DNA from: the human T2T-CHM13v2.0 reference genome, Homo sapiens
DNA: 64,000 nucleotides
Assembly: GCF_009914755.1 (NCBI RefSeq)
Contig: NC_060934.1
Direction: 5' to 3' (one strand)
Position numbers and translations under genes: made by a program. Positions 41,857 to 62,363 of this stretch are shown piece by piece (position 1 is the stretch's first letter; each line of letters starts with the position of its first letter). A model generated the notes under the pieces. The model had not been told where the DNA came from. It saw only the letters and a program-made list of their open reading frames with translations, and did not search any database.

Positions 41857-44800
41857 GATGGACACCTGATTGGAAATCAGGAAGTCCAGATCTTTGTCTC
41901 ATCTGTGTCCCTTCATCAAGGTTTTCATCAGCTATAGGGTTGGGCTGGCCATTCTCTGTGGGCCTGTCTAGCTTCAAGACTCCCTGGGAAGAGGAAATCA
42001 CATGAGCAAAGGCCTCCTTCTCTCCCCTACCCTGTCTTCCAACTCTCGTGGTAGAATCACAGAGTGTGAGAGTTGGATAGAACCTTAGAGATTATGTCAT
42101 CCAAGCTCTTTATTCCTTCATTCCCTTGAGGATAAGTGTAAAAACCCAGGTTCATGCTCCCTTTCTTCCTCCTAAAACTGGGCATAAACATTTGTAGGAC
42201 TTGGTCAGTCTGTTGCCAGATTCTCTGAGCCCTTGGGAAGTCCTGCCAAGTGCGGCCTCAACAACAAAAAACCATGAGAAATTAGGGACCGGGATGGGAG
42301 AGGGTGGGGAAGAGGGGATTCTTTGAAAGTCCTGAAATGCTAGCAGAAAATTGATCAAAGCCGAGATGAATTTCACCCATCTCTTCTAACGAGCTGCTAA
42401 TATTGGAGTAGCAGCCTTGTCAGGATAATTTGTCACATATGTCCCTGTGTGGGCTGAAGCCTCTTCAGAGTCATCTTCCCAGCCCACTGCCACAGGCGAC
42501 TTGTCTGAAACAAAGCTCTAAGACAGAATGGAAAGGAAAATGCAGGGGAAGGGAGGTGCATTGAATGGCCACTGACAAGTCATCTGGGCTCCCTCCTCCA
42601 GATCTTGCAACTCCAACCACATCTACTTTCATTACGCCGGAAGAGCCTGCTGTTACTTCTATGACATTTCTGTTACTGCCACAACTGCGATGCCCACTGT
42701 CCCTAAGATGCTGCCCAGAAAAGCAAATTGCCTCCTGAAAAATAACACAGTGTCAACACTAGTTAACAGACCAATAAAAAACTCTGAGACGTGAGACTTC
42801 TTGCTGAGATGGGCTCGGCAGAGATCCTTCAGCCAGGGCAGAGTTCTTTAGGGCAGAATGACTGCTGGTGACCCCGGAGGACCTCAGTCTGAGCATCAGC
42901 TGTGGGGTGTGAGTCTCACACAGTGAGTCCATCCATCACAGGGGGCCCTAGCACTTGCTTCAAGTGGCTCTCAGGCCAGACTATCAGTTGGCCAACACAG
43001 TCACCACCAGAGCCTCACAAAGGTCTCATTCTTTCTCTCTGCTTTTAACACCAAAATACCAACAAGACATCTGTTGTGGGAAGACCAGAGAACAAAAAGA
43101 TGTAACAGAATCCAAGGTGAAGTGGGTAGTGGGGGCGTGTCATAGGCCAGGTTATACGAGGTCTTCAGAACTGAGCCATTCAGCCTGGAGAAGAAAAGAC
43201 ATAATTTTCCTTGTTTTCTCATATCTTTAACAACATGCTAAATAAACAAAGAAATTTTACTGTAGTTTTTCAAGTAAGATTCCTAAATCATCTATATGTT
43301 TAATATACCTATTTATATGTATCCTGCTTCAAACCAGAATAGATCTGAAGTTGTACTATTTGTATGCAATGTTAATTGCATAACCCCATCCTATCTTTGC
43401 ACGTGACAGCCGGAGGGTACCCAGAAACCATCCAGGTAGGCCAGCTTCATCATTTATCTTTAAAGTGATTTGCCCAGACTGGTGAAGTGACTATTCAAAA
43501 ACTCATACAGCCAGTGCTTGGCAGAATCATGTTTCAAACCCAGGTATCTTCAAAACCCAGTGTTTTCCCTACAATTACTACTATAATCATTTTATGAGTT
43601 ACAGAGGAATGAAAGTACATGGGGAAGTTCTCTGTGGACAGGGTGGGGCATTGCAGGTTCAAATCCTTTATCAGAGCTCAGAAAGTTGTCATCTGAGCTG
43701 CCAGGAGCACCAGCAAAAGAGGATCCTAGCTAGAGATAAAAGTGGAAATGGAGGCAACCAGGAACTGAGACTAACTTAGTTAAACTGAGACCAACTTAGC
43801 GGAGAAAGGTCTCCGCTAAAAAATTATTGAAGACATGAAATCACTAATTCTGACTTGACCATGACACTGGAACAATCTGTGTTCATAAGCCATAAGTTGC
43901 ACACCAATTCTGAGGAATATGCTAGACTGCTTACCTGTTAGGGAAGGAGTTACCCAGCCTCAGACCTGAAAACTTGCATATTGCTGATGCTTGGTTATGC
44001 AGCGCTTAGAGGAAATGAAGGAGAGAACATGGTACAAAGAAGTCTCACACTCCTGCCCAGTGACAGGTGAAGACAATGTAGGTGAATAAGGGGAGGAAAT
44101 TCTCTGATAAAGTCATACATAATCTTCTAAGGGGAATAGCAAGTCAGCATTCCAACACGGAAACAGCAAAGAAGAGTGAACCAATGTTTTCTTCCCCCTT
44201 CACTGAGCTATCTTTCTACTCTTATCTCTCCTGTGTCTTTTTTCATTTGGCTTCTATACGAGAAAGGAATATATAGCAAGTTAATGTGGAAGGCACATTT
44301 TGGGTGTGGGGGTGGGAATCAAGAGAGAAATATCTTTCTAACCAAATGTTGGAAGTCAGTTTTATCTATTTTTCTTCTATTGTACATTTTTTCCCTTGTT
44401 CTTCTTCCCTAGTCAGCCAGAATAAACAAAATCTGGATGCTAAAGATCTACGTGAGGCAGTGTTTGAAAGAGACCCATTTATCATATACTATGAAAGCAA
44501 ACAGGAAGAGGAAGAGTGGAGAGCTCAAATGCATGGCCTCAGCAGCTATGAGTTTCCCTGTCTTGCAATTTCCCCCCAAGAAGAATAGCTGCAGTGGTTC
44601 TCATTTCTCCTTTCCCCTCTGGCTGAGTTGCTGAATTCACCTGCCATCTTCATTGACCTGTAAATGACCCAAATTCTCAACTGCAGAGCACAAAGAGACT
44701 CCAAATAGGTGAATAAGATAACACATGGAAAGCACTAAGCACAGGGCATGCAGTAAGCACTCAATAAATGTTCCCAGCTGCTGCAGCCATGCTTGTCGTC

Positions 44801-45064
44801 ATCTCTCTTCTCCTCATCATCATCCTTGTCATCACCTCCAACCTGCAAGTGGACTGCTGGGTCATAGTTTGTGTTTCAGTCTTGTTTTCAAAAATGAGTG
44901 AATAAATGTTAAATCTGGTAGGTCTTTCCAATATCTCTAGGGCCTTTGGTGAGTAAGTAGAATGAATTTGGCAGGTAGCTCATGGTTTCACACATCTAGA
45001 GTTCTCTCTGTTTTTCTCTATCTCTGTCTCCCACTCCAACTTAACTGATGTTCTAGCGAGATAG

Positions 45065-45402
<338 letters not shown>

Positions 45403-45909
45403 AAAAATACCTATTTTTTTAGTGATAAATGTACAGTCTAATTTTATACATATATGTATATATTATAATTATATATAATTGTATTATATATTTATATATT
45501 ATATATAAAATGAGAAATTATATCTATAATTTTACGTATATAAATATATATGTAAAAGCTCTGCCAATTCTCTCTCTATAAATATATATATTTGTTTTTC
45601 AATTTTATATATATAATTGAAAATGTATTGTTTTGGTGACCTATTTTGACAAACAATTGTATTAATTACCTTGCATTTAATATCTTTTTATATTATTATA
45701 ACATTTTTAATATTATGCAGGTAATATGTACCTGCATTCTCCATTGATTCTTGCAATTCTTTTCTCTCTTGTTGGAGTATCTTTCCTTATAATTTTTTTA
45801 GAGATCTATGAAGGGTTAAACTTTCTGTATTTGTTTTCTAAAAATATGTTTATTTTATTGCACCTCTTGAATGATAGTTTAGCTAGGTATAGACATCTAA
45901 CTTTTATAA

Positions 45910-46420
45910 GTTAGGAATTGCATCTGGCTAAGGGATAGCAACCTGACCAAAGAGACTGGTGTATGGGGCTAGTGTGATGCTTGACAAAAGACAGGTATTT
46001 TCTTTTATTATTTAGTAAGAGGCTGGAGATTGGAATTCTTTAGGCTGGTGCAATTGCTCAGAGAAGTAGTCAAAAACTCCTTCTATCTTACTATAAGCAA
46101 ACCTTAAGCTGTGGTTTTAGTTCTCATTGTCACAGAATGGTTTGTGTACCTGTAATTATTAAGTCCATATTCCAGAGAGGAAGAAGATAGGACAAGGAGA
46201 AGGATAGTATACATAGGTCAGCTGTGTCTATTCCTTTTTATTAGAAAAACAGAATTCCAGAGACCTCCACCCTATAACTTTCTGCTTACATGTCTATGTC
46301 AGATGGACAGTTCTAGTTACAGGGGATTCTGGAGAAGTATTTTTAAGTGGACATGTTACTACTTTAAGTAATATTGGAGTATTGTTAATTAGCGAGAAGC
46401 AAGAGAAAAAGATATTATAA
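45910..46420 (-). mobile_element. Ancient MLT1-type LTR
   Basis: Degenerate MLT1 motifs (AGTTAGGAATTGCAT...ACTTTCTGCTTACAT...TTCTAGTTACAGGGGATTCTGG). Confidence 0.55.
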
Positions 46421-46700
46421 AGAAAACTAGAAGTGTTGTCACTTAGATTCATAATCATTTCATTTCTGTATTCAAAATTACTTCATACTTTTACATAGTA
46501 TATTCTAGATGGGAAATCTGATGTTGGACTCTTTCTTTAAATCCTATTCCAATTGTCCTACTAACTCTGTAGTCTTTGTGTAAGTTCTTCCATTTGCTGA
46601 TGTTACTACTTCTCTCTCATAGTGTTGACTCTTCTCAAATAGTGGAGGCTTCTCACTTGAGTGCCTGTTTCTGTAGTTGAGATTCGATTCCCTGTTATTC

Positions 46701-46806
46701 TTTTTTTTTTTGAGACCGGGTCCCGCTTTGTCACCCAGGCTGGAGTGCAGTGGTGTGATCACGGCTCACTGTAGCCTTAACTTCCTGGGCTACCACACCT
46801 GGCTAA
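46701..46806 (-). mobile_element. Alu right-arm fragment with internal deletion
   Basis: CCTGGGCT joined directly to ACCACACCTGGCTAA. Confidence 0.85.
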
Positions 46807-47549
46807 ACAGGGTTTTACTGTTAGTCTGTTGGCTACCTCTGTTGTGAGGCTAGTTCACTTGTAGTTTCCAAAATAATTTGGGGAGCAGCTGAGCCTGCTA
46901 TAGCGCAGGACACCATAGCATTTAATATTCCACGTGGTGCAGTCCTTTACTTTCTGGGAGTGGCAAGCCAGCCAAAGCTCTTTGAATTCTCTCTTTCCTG
47001 AGGTCTCACGGTCACTTTTATTTCCTGAGTCAGAAGCATCTGCTACTGCTGCTTATGGAGCAGGGGAAGCCAAGTGCAAGGATGAACCCAACTGGCCCCT
47101 CCTCCTGTGGCATCACAACTAACCAGTCTCCTGGTGGTTCTTCCTCACCTTTGAGTCCTGGCTTCTACCACCTCCAGACAGGAGCTTGCTCAGGGCTTCT
47201 CCCGCCTTTATGTTGCAGCTGTCTCCTGGGCTTGTCCTGGCCTCCAGCTTTTCTTCCTGGCTGATGCTCCCTCTGTAGTTTTCCATTTGCATTCTTTTAA
47301 GATTTTTCATAGTTTCTGGTTCCCTGATAGTTCTCTTCTTTCCAAGTAAAATAATGCATATGCATTTATTTCCATGGATTTGATGTGAGAAGGGGGAGTC
47401 CACAGCCTGTGATTTTCCATCAACTGAATACTTTTTCAAATGTACTATGAAGCACATTTGCATCTCTTTGTTTCTGATATTATCTCTGTTATCCTAGAAA
47501 GTTGATTGTGCAGTTACTATGAGACTCAGTTCACTGATGGAGAAACTAA

Positions 47550-47940
<391 letters not shown>

Positions 47941-50637
47941 TGATTATACTTTCACTCCTGAATTCTTTTTGTTACACCTTTAAGGAAATTTGAAGGGCAG
48001 AGAATAAGTCCTCACTCTTGTGAGTTGCAAAGCCTAGATGCCTACACAGCACGCTAGAACATACGGTATACCAGCTCTAGTCTGTCTTTGCACCCTTCTC
48101 ATGGGCCTGGTGTCCTTGTTTTTGCCTGGATATTTCTGCCTTATTCTTTGCAATGCCCTCCAAACCTTCTCAGATCATCTGTGCTGTGTAAAAGGCCAGG
48201 AAAATAAGCAGTCTCTGGATTTAGTGCTGGGAACTGGAGCTATAATAGCATGAATTCATGTCCCCAGTATTCAAGGTAGGAAGAATCAGGAGCAAATCGA
48301 ATCCTGCCTTTCAGAAAGTTCGAAGGAAGAAATTCAGGGAAATGAATGTTTGTTGTTAATTCCGAGGGAAAAAATGGAGCTACAAAATTAGAATCAGAGT
48401 CAAAGAGTAAAAATCTGGCAGAATAGGAATTATTATACCAAAGAGTAAAAAGAAGAAGAGGAGGAGAAGGAGGAGGAGAAAAACCACCTTGACCACTATC
48501 AGCAAAAAAGGATGATTTTTCTCAAATTGGGTTGAAGTTCATGGGGCTCAAACTTTTTGACTCCTGGTAGTCTGGTCTATGCAGATATGAAGATGCAAGG
48601 TTAGGGTAAGCACTCCTCATCTTTTCTCTCAAGCTCTTTCTCTCCATCAGGACAAAATGAGCTATTCTGATAAATTAAGGAGAGGATGAATATGCTATCA
48701 TCTTTTAGGTAATATATTTAGAGCTAATTTGGGGTTCCTGTCAACACCTTCCCTAATTCACTAATGGAATTTGGGAGGCCTTAAAAGAATGCTGGTCATT
48801 TGGAAGAGGTCATAAACAGACCATATTCTTTAGAAACTTGGAATTGTCTTGTTGTGCAAGGTAAACCTTGCCAAGAACACAGCAATTATTTTCAACTACC
48901 CTAAGTCCCCTAAAATTGAGAAAAGATGAGGTGTGTTTTTGCCCACTTGATCATAAATACCTGTTTTAAAACAGGGCAGCCAATATCAGATGTAAAAATG
49001 ATTAGTGGGAAGAGAAATCTTACCCCTTGTGTAGCTCTGATGCTCCTATGAGGTAAATATTGATAGGCAGAGTGTATTTTTCCCAGTTTCACTTTTCAGA
49101 GCTGTTTCATCTTAAATATTATAGACAAAAGCTTAATGAAGCTGAAGGGTCAAAGACTGAACATAACATGCTGTGTTTACAGTATATTCTCTACTCATAG
49201 TGCCCTACTTAAAAACCTTGCCATCTTTCCTGGTGCTCTTTTTCTTTCTACTAGACCCAGCAAGAAAGTTGACAACCTAAATGCTTCCTTTTGCAACTCC
49301 CAGATCGTGATATTTCTGTGACATACTGAGCTGCCGAGAAAGCAAATGGAAATTAAGATGACAAAAACAAACTCCAAAGTAGAAAACTCTACTCTCTGGA
49401 TCCCTGCAAAAATCTCCCAGCTGTGATCCAGAGAGATGCCCATTTTGCATATTTCTTCAGCAAACCCCCCAAGGTGTACCCTAGCACCACCAGCTTTACT
49501 AATGAAATGATCCGCCTCTCCCATCCTTTTTCTTTTTCTATGAGTTCCTGAGAAGAGAGCCTGAAGTGACTCCAGGGATAGAATAATGGTTCCGGAAAGA
49601 ACATTTAAAGGGATTACAGTTGCTCTGAGCTTATTTAAATTTTATCTTCTTAAATGATTTCTCTGACTACCTACCTGAGGCTGCTTTTCTAGTTCTCTGA
49701 ATTGCCAACACCCTTAGAATATATTGCATATTCTGATTTTTACCTTTTATTCCTAAGTACCATTTTATGGTTGCTCTCTGTTTAGAACCTTGTCTTCCCC
49801 AATGCAGCATCAGTTTTGCATGCTCAGAGATGGTTGTTCCAAGTTCTTGGAGGTACAGAGTATCTGGGACACTGGACACAGGGCAGGCAGAGACTTTGTA
49901 AGTACTGCTTCACTTGGCCTGAAAGAAATGATCTAATTATTGTCCTCAAGTCAACATGTCTTTATTTAAAGAAAATGGCGCCATTTTTAATGTCCACAGA
50001 GTAATAATTGAAAGGAGTTTGGCATAAATTTAAGCAGGAGAGATTCTTTCAATCAGACCCAGAATATATGCAAAAGCCTTCTATAGCTGTGGATAGTGTG
50101 ATAGATACGCATCATTCCACGATAGGGCTGGTGACAAATGGGGTATTAGCTGAAAGTGTCTGGGGTAGGTGAGGGCTGCTTTCTGACTGTTTGATATACA
50201 CCTACATAATCACAGGGTAGTGGTAGAAGGTGGGCAATGAAATGCTTACCAGATAAATCCAGTGCAAGAAAATATGTTTATAAAGCAATATTGATAAGGT
50301 TGCTTTTACAATAAAATGGACATACAATAAAATGTGCCCATTTGAAATGTATTCAATACGTTCAATAAGATTGGGCAAATGTATACATTCATGTACCAAA
50401 GACCCCAATTAAGATACAGAATATTTTCAAAACTCCAGTAAGTTCCTATTGTTCCTTTGCCATCAGTCCCAACCCATTCCTGTCCCCAGCTCCAAGTAAC
50501 AACTGATATGTTTTCTTGCAGTATAGATTAGTCTGCCTTTTCTGGAGTTTCCTATAAGATGAATCATATAGTATTTGTTTTGGGGATGTGTGCCAGGCTT
50601 TTTTTATTCTCCATAATGTTTTTGAGATTCATCTATA

Positions 50638-51134
50638 TGAAACTAGCCCCATTGTCCCATAGAATTGCTGTTTATGATTTCATTTGAATAAGCACAGAAA
50701 TTTACCCACCCGGTTTTAAAGCTTGAGACAGTTACAATTGTCTTATCAGAGTTCCTTTCTCAAGAAACCAACCATTCGGCCTCCCAGACAGTATGGAGGA
50801 GCTGAAACTCACCAGATCACTGCATCTGGGCAATGAGATGCCACCAGACCTCTTACCCATCGTGATGCCTAACCTACCACCTGCTTCCCATTGACCAACT
50901 TCTCTTCCTTACCCCTCCCTGTTCCTGTTTTTTTACACATGGTTACATTCTTCCCTGCTATGTAAACTTCTAATTTTAGTCAGTCAGGGAGATGGATTTG
51001 AGAGTGATCTCCATCTCCACAGCTGCAGTACCCAATTAAAGCCTTCTTCCCTGGCAATACTCATTGTCTCAGTGATTGGCTTACTGTGCGGTGAGCAGCA
51101 GGATCTACAAAGAACTCCTAGTGTTTTAGTAACA
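50638..51134 (+). mobile_element. ERV1 MER4-group solo LTR (LTR54-like)
   Basis: TGAAAC...GTAACA termini; TSD TATA/CATA. Confidence 0.75.
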
Positions 51135-52225
51135 CATATTGTTGTATGTTACCAGTAGCTGGTTCTTTTTTATAGGTGAGTAGTATACTATAGTATGAAA
51201 GTACTATATTTTGTCTCTCTATTCACAAATGGTGAGCATTTGAGTAGCTTAGGTTTTATCTATTAGGAATAAAGTTATAATGAACATTGTGTTCAAGTCT
51301 TTGTTTCATTTCCCTTGGATAAATACTGTACTCAGGAATGCAATTGCTGGATACGTGAAAAGTGTACTGGTAAGTTTATAAGAAACTGTCAAACTGTTCT
51401 TTAAAAGTGTTAGACCATTTTAGATCCCCATCATCAATGTAGGAGCATTCTAGTTGCTCTACATCCTTGTCAACATTTGGAATTGTCAGTCTAATTTTAG
51501 CCATTCTAGTGGATCTATAGTGGCATCTCACTGTGTTTTTAATTTTTATTTACTGGTGACTAATAATATTGAGCATCTTTCATGAGTTTGTTGGCTATTC
51601 ATTTATCTTATTTTGTGAAGTATCTGTTAAAATCTTTGTTCGTTTTTAAATTTGATAGTTTGTCTTGTTGTTATTACATTAAACAAGTACTTTATATATT
51701 CTGAATATAAATTTTTTGTTTGATGTAGGAACTGCAGATGTCTTCTCTCAGTCTCTTCCTTGCCTTTTCATTTTTTTAGTGGTGTCTTTTGTAAAGCAAA
51801 TTATCAAAATTTTAATACAATAAAATTATTTGTTTGCTTTTTTAAATGGTTAGTGACTTTTGTGTCCTATACTAGAAATATTTCCCTATTCCAATGTCAC
51901 AAGGATATTCTCCCTCATTCTTCTTTAGATCATGGGAAATATTCAGATTCTTCCATATTTTCTTTTAGATCACCTTTTTGTAAAGGGCCAGATAATCTAT
52001 TTTTTTTCTTTTTTTTTTATTATTGTACTTTCAGTTCTGGGATACATGCGCAGAATGTACAGGTTTGTTACATAGGTATACATGTGCCATGGTGGTTTGT
52101 TGCACCCATCAACCTGTCATCTACATTGGGTATTTCTCCTAATGCTATCCCTCCCCTTGCCCCCCACCCCCTAACAGGCCCCAGTGTGTGATGTTCCCCT
52201 CCCTGTGCCCATATGTTCTCATTGT

Positions 52226-57085
<4,860 letters not shown>

Positions 57086-57147
57086 ATGATGCTAGCTCGT
57101 TATTTTGCCCATTAGTTGATGCAATTTCTTCATAATGTTGATGGTCT

Positions 57148-58168
57148 TTACATTTTCGTTTGTTTTTGCAGTGGCTGGTACTGGTTTTTCCTTTCCATAT
57201 TTAGTGCTTCCTTCAGAAGCTCTTGTAAGGCAGGCCTTGTGGTGACAAAATGCCTTAGCATTTGCTTGTCTGTAAAGGATTTTATTTCTCCTTCACTTAT
57301 GAAGCTTAGTTTGGCTGGATATGAAATTCTGGGTTAAAAATTCTTTCTTTAACAATGTTGGATATTCACCTTCATTCTCTTCTGGTTTATAGGGTTTCTG
57401 CAGAAAGATCTGCTGTTAGTCTGATGGGCTTCCCTTTGTAGGTAACCCAACCTTTCTCTCTCACTGCCCTTAACATTTTTTCCTTCATTTCAACCTTGGT
57501 GAATCTGATGATTATGTGTCTTGGGGTTTCTCTTCTCAAGGATAATCTTTGTGGTGTTCTCTGTATTTCCTGAATTTGAATGTTGGCCTATCTTGCTAGG
57601 TTGGGGAAATTCTCCTGGATAATATCCTGAAGTGTGTTTTCCAACTTGGTTCCATTTTCCCCATCACTTTCAGGTACACCAATCAAACATAGATTTGGTC
57701 TTTTCACATAGTCCCATATTTCTTGGAGGCTTTGTTTGTTCCTTTTCATTTTTTTCCTCTAATCTTGTCTTCACACTTTATTTCATTAAGCTGATCTTCA
57801 ATCTCTGATATCCTTTCTTCCACTTGATTGATTTGGCTATTGATACTTGTGTACGCTTCACAAAGTTCTTGTACTGTGTTTTTCAGCTCTATCAGGTTAT
57901 TTATGTTCTTTTCTAAACTGGTTATTCTAATTAGCATTTCCTCTAACCTTTAATCAAGGTTCTTAGCTTCCTTGCATTGGGTTAGAACATGCTCCTTTAG
58001 CTTGGAGGAGTTTGTTGTTACCCACCTTCTGAAGCCTATTTCTGTTAATTCATCAAACTCTTTCTCCGTCCAGTTTTGTTCATTTGCTGGTGAGCAGTTG
58101 TGATCCTTTGGAGAAGAGACATTCTGGTTTTTGGAATTTTCAGCCTTTCTGCACTGGTTTTTCCTCAT
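57148..58168 (-). pseudogene. L1 ORF1p remnant (stops and frameshifts)
   Basis: MRKNQCRKAENSKNQ...EFDELTEIGFRRWV; stop at 57950; coiled-coil fragment ORF 57746..57937. Confidence 0.9.
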
Positions 58169-59388
58169 CTTTGTGGATTTATTTACCTTTGATCTTTGCT
58201 GTTGGTGACCTTTGGATGGAGTTTTTGCATGGTCGTCTTTTTGTTGATGTTGATGCTGTTGGTTTCTGTTTGTTTTTCTTCTAACAGGCCTCTCTTCTGC
58301 AGGTCTGTTGGAGTTTGCTGGGGGTCCAGTCCAGACCCTGTTTGCCTGTGTATTACCAGCAGAGGCTGCAGAACAGCAAAGATTGCTGCCTCTTCCCTCC
58401 TCTGGAAGCTTCGTCCCAGAAGGGCACCCGCCAGATGCCAGCTGGAGCTCTTCTGTATGAGGTGTCTGTCGACCCCTGCTGGGAGTTGTCTCCCACTCAG
58501 GAGGCATGGGGGTCAGGGACCCATTGGAGGAGGCAGTCTGTCTCTTAGCAGAGCTTGAGCGCTCTGCTGGGAGATCCACTGCTCTTTTCAGAGCCAGCAG
58601 GCAGGAACATTTAAGTCTGCTGAAGCTGTGCCCACAGCTGCCCCTTCCACCAGATGCTCTATCGCAGGGAGATGGGAGCTATAAGCCCCTGACTGGGGCT
58701 GCTGCCTTTCTTTCAGAGATGCACTGCCCAGAAAGGAGGAATCTAGAGAGGCATTCTGGCTACAGCAGCTTTGCAGAGCTGCGGTGGGCTCTGCTGAGTT
58801 CGAACTTCCTAGTGGTTTTGGTTACACTGTGAGGGGAAAATCACCTACTCAAGCCTCAGTAATGGCAGACACCCCTCCCCCAACCAAGCTCAAGTATCCC
58901 AGGTTGACTTCAGACTGCTGTGCTGGTGGCGAGAGTTTCAAGCCAGTGGATCTTAGCTTGCTGGGATCCATGTGGGTGGGATCCACTGAACGAGACTACT
59001 TGGCTCCCTGGCTTCAGCCCCCTTTCCAGGGGAGTGAACGGTTCTGTCTTTCTGGAGTTCCAGTCACCACTGGGGTATGAAAAAAAACTTCTGTAGCTAG
59101 CTCGGTGTCTACCCAAATGGCCGCCCAGTTTTGTGCTTGAAACCCAGGGCCCTTGTGGTATAGGCACCTGAGGGAATCTCCTGGTCTGTGGGTTGTGATG
59201 ACCATGGGAAAAGCATAGTATCTGGGCTGGAGTGCACCATTCCTCACGGCATGGTCCCTTATGGCTTCCCTTGGCTAGGGGAGGGAGTTCCCTGACCCCT
59301 TGCATTTCCCCAGTGAGGCGATGCCCCACCCTGCTTCAGCTCACCCTCCATGTGCTGCACCCACTGTCTAACCAGTCCAATGAGATGA

Positions 59389-59789
<401 letters not shown>

Positions 59790-61486
59790 GATAATCAATA
59801 TTTTTGACTTTATGGGACATATGGTCACTGTCATAGTATTCAACTCTGCTGTTGTAGCATAAATGCATCATTGATAATACACAAACAAATGAGCATGGCC
59901 AAATCTGGCCAGTGGACCAGTTTGCACACCCCTGTTTTTGCCTTATAGCTAGGTCTATGAGTCACCTTCAGTTAGTTTTGAGTCTACGAGTCACCTCCCC
60001 TTGGTTTTGGGGTATGGTGTCAGTAAAGGATTGAGATTCATCTTTTCACATTTTACCATGTATAAATCCAGACTTTCCAGCAGCATTTGTTCAAAAGATT
60101 ATTGTTTCCCTATTTAATGACCCTGGCATCTTTTACAAAATCAATTAACCATAAAAGGTGATTATTGGTTACTGTGGGTTTAAAGTCATTCTTGAACTCT
60201 AGAAGCATGTGTTCTTCAACTTTGTTCTTTTTATTTTTTCAATATTCTTCTGGCTTATATAGATCCTTTGATTTTCTAACATAAATATTAGAAAGAGCTT
60301 TTCAGCTGGGGTTTTTTAATTGATTACATTGAGTCTACTAATTAAAATGGGGAGAATTGTCATCTTAAGAACATTAAATCTTCCAGTTCATGAACATGGT
60401 ATATATCATTTATTTAGGTTTTGTCTACTTTCTTTTAGAATTTGGTCTGCAGGTCTTAAGCATATGTTGTTAAATTTGTTTTCAAGTATTTCATTTTGGA
60501 TAGTATTACAATGGCATGTTTTTCATTTAAATTTCTAATTTTTCCATTCAATTGATATTATATAGATATAAGCTGAATTTTTTAAATATCCAACTTGTAT
60601 TCTGTGAACACGCTAAATACACCTTTTAATTCTACCATTTTTTGGTAGATTTCTTTGGCTATTTCATACACAAAATCATGTTTTATATGAATTAAAACAT
60701 TCTGCTTATTCCATTTCATCTGGTCAAGTTTGTTTTTCCTCTTGCCTTATATCACTGGCTAGAATTTTTACTATAGTAAATATTCTATAAAAGCAGTGTG
60801 AGTGGGCATTCTTATCTTTCTCCTGATCTTGGGTGGAAAGCATTTAGTTTTTCCATTAAGTATTATGTTAACTCTAGATTTTTCACAGAAGATTTTTATC
60901 AGGTTTGGAAGTTGGTTTCTATTTCTAGTTTGCTGCAATGTTTTACTCTTTTTAATCATGAATTGTTGTTAAGCTTTGTTCAATGCATTTGCACAGCTAT
61001 TGAGATGCTAATGTGGACTTCTTTTTTTAAAAAAAAGCTTTACATGTGGTAAACTACTTCAGTTGATTTTCAAATGTTAAATCAGCTTACATTCCTGGCA
61101 TAAATCCCACATAGTCATGGCATGTTATCCTTTTAATATTGCTGGATTCTAGTTACTAATATTTCTTAAGGATTTTTGCATCTACATTTATTAGGGATAT
61201 TGATCTGTAGTTTTCATGTAATGTCTTTGTTTATTTTTGATATTAGGGTAATTCTGTGCTCATGAAATAAGCTTTGAAAAGTTTCCTCCTTTGTTTTCTG
61301 AAGAATTTCTGTAGAATTGATATTATTTCTCTCTTAAATGTTTCATCTGGGTCAGGATTTCATTTTGTGAAAAACTTTTCACTTTGATTTTAATTTACTT
61401 AATAGATATAAGGACATTCAGACTTTTCTATTTTATTAGTTTTGGTAATTTACATTGTTCAAGGAATGTTTTCATTTCATCTTGGT

Positions 61487-62043
61487 CAAGGGTTAGCAAA
61501 CTTTTTCTATAATGGGACAGATATTAAATATTTTAGACTTTATGGAACATCCAGTCTCTGTCGCAATTAATGAATTCTGCCACTCATACATGAAAGCAAC
61601 CATAGACAATACAGCAAGCCCTCCGTATTCATAGATACTGCATCCATGGATTCAACCAACTGTGGATGAAAAATATTTGGAAAAAAATGAAACCTGTACT
61701 GAACATGTACAGACTTTTACTCTTGTCATTATTCCCTAAACAAAACAGTATAACAACCATTTACATAGCACTTACATTGTATTAGCTATTACAAATAATC
61801 TAGAGATAATTTAAAGTACACAGGAAGATGCACATGAATTATATGCAAAATACCACATTTTATATCAGAAATTTGAGCATCTGCAGATTTTGGTATTTGT
61901 GGGAGGTCCTGGAACCAATTCCCCACAAATACTGAAGGATGATTGTGCATAAACAAATCATTATGACTGTGTTCCAACAAAACTTTTTAACTAAAACAGG
62001 TGGCAGGCCAGATTTGACCTACTGCCATAGTTTTCCTGCCCTG
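61487..62043 (+). mobile_element. MER58A, split by MER2
   Basis: CAAGGGTTAGCAAACTTTTTCT...CATAGTTTTCCTGCCCTG. Confidence 0.85.
61612..61945 (-). mobile_element. MER2
   Basis: Reverse complement of the MER2 body, inserted at TA. Confidence 0.88.
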
Positions 62044-62363
62044 GTCAAATTTTTGACAAGAGCTGTTTGTAGTATTTCTTAGTTATTATTTTAATGCCCA
62101 TAATATCTAGGGTGATATCCCCTTTTTCACTTATAGTAATGATAATTTTCCTTTTGTCTTGATGAGTCAATACAGTAATTTTCTTTTTCTAAGAACTATC
62201 TTTGGGTCTTATTTATTTTCTCTATTTTTGTTTTTGTTTTATATTTCATTGACATCTGCTCTTATCTTTAACATTTTATTCTTCATTTGCTCTGCATTTA
62301 ATTTCCTCTTCTTCTTCCAGCATGGTAAGATGGAAGCTTTAATAATAAAGAACCATTGTTATA

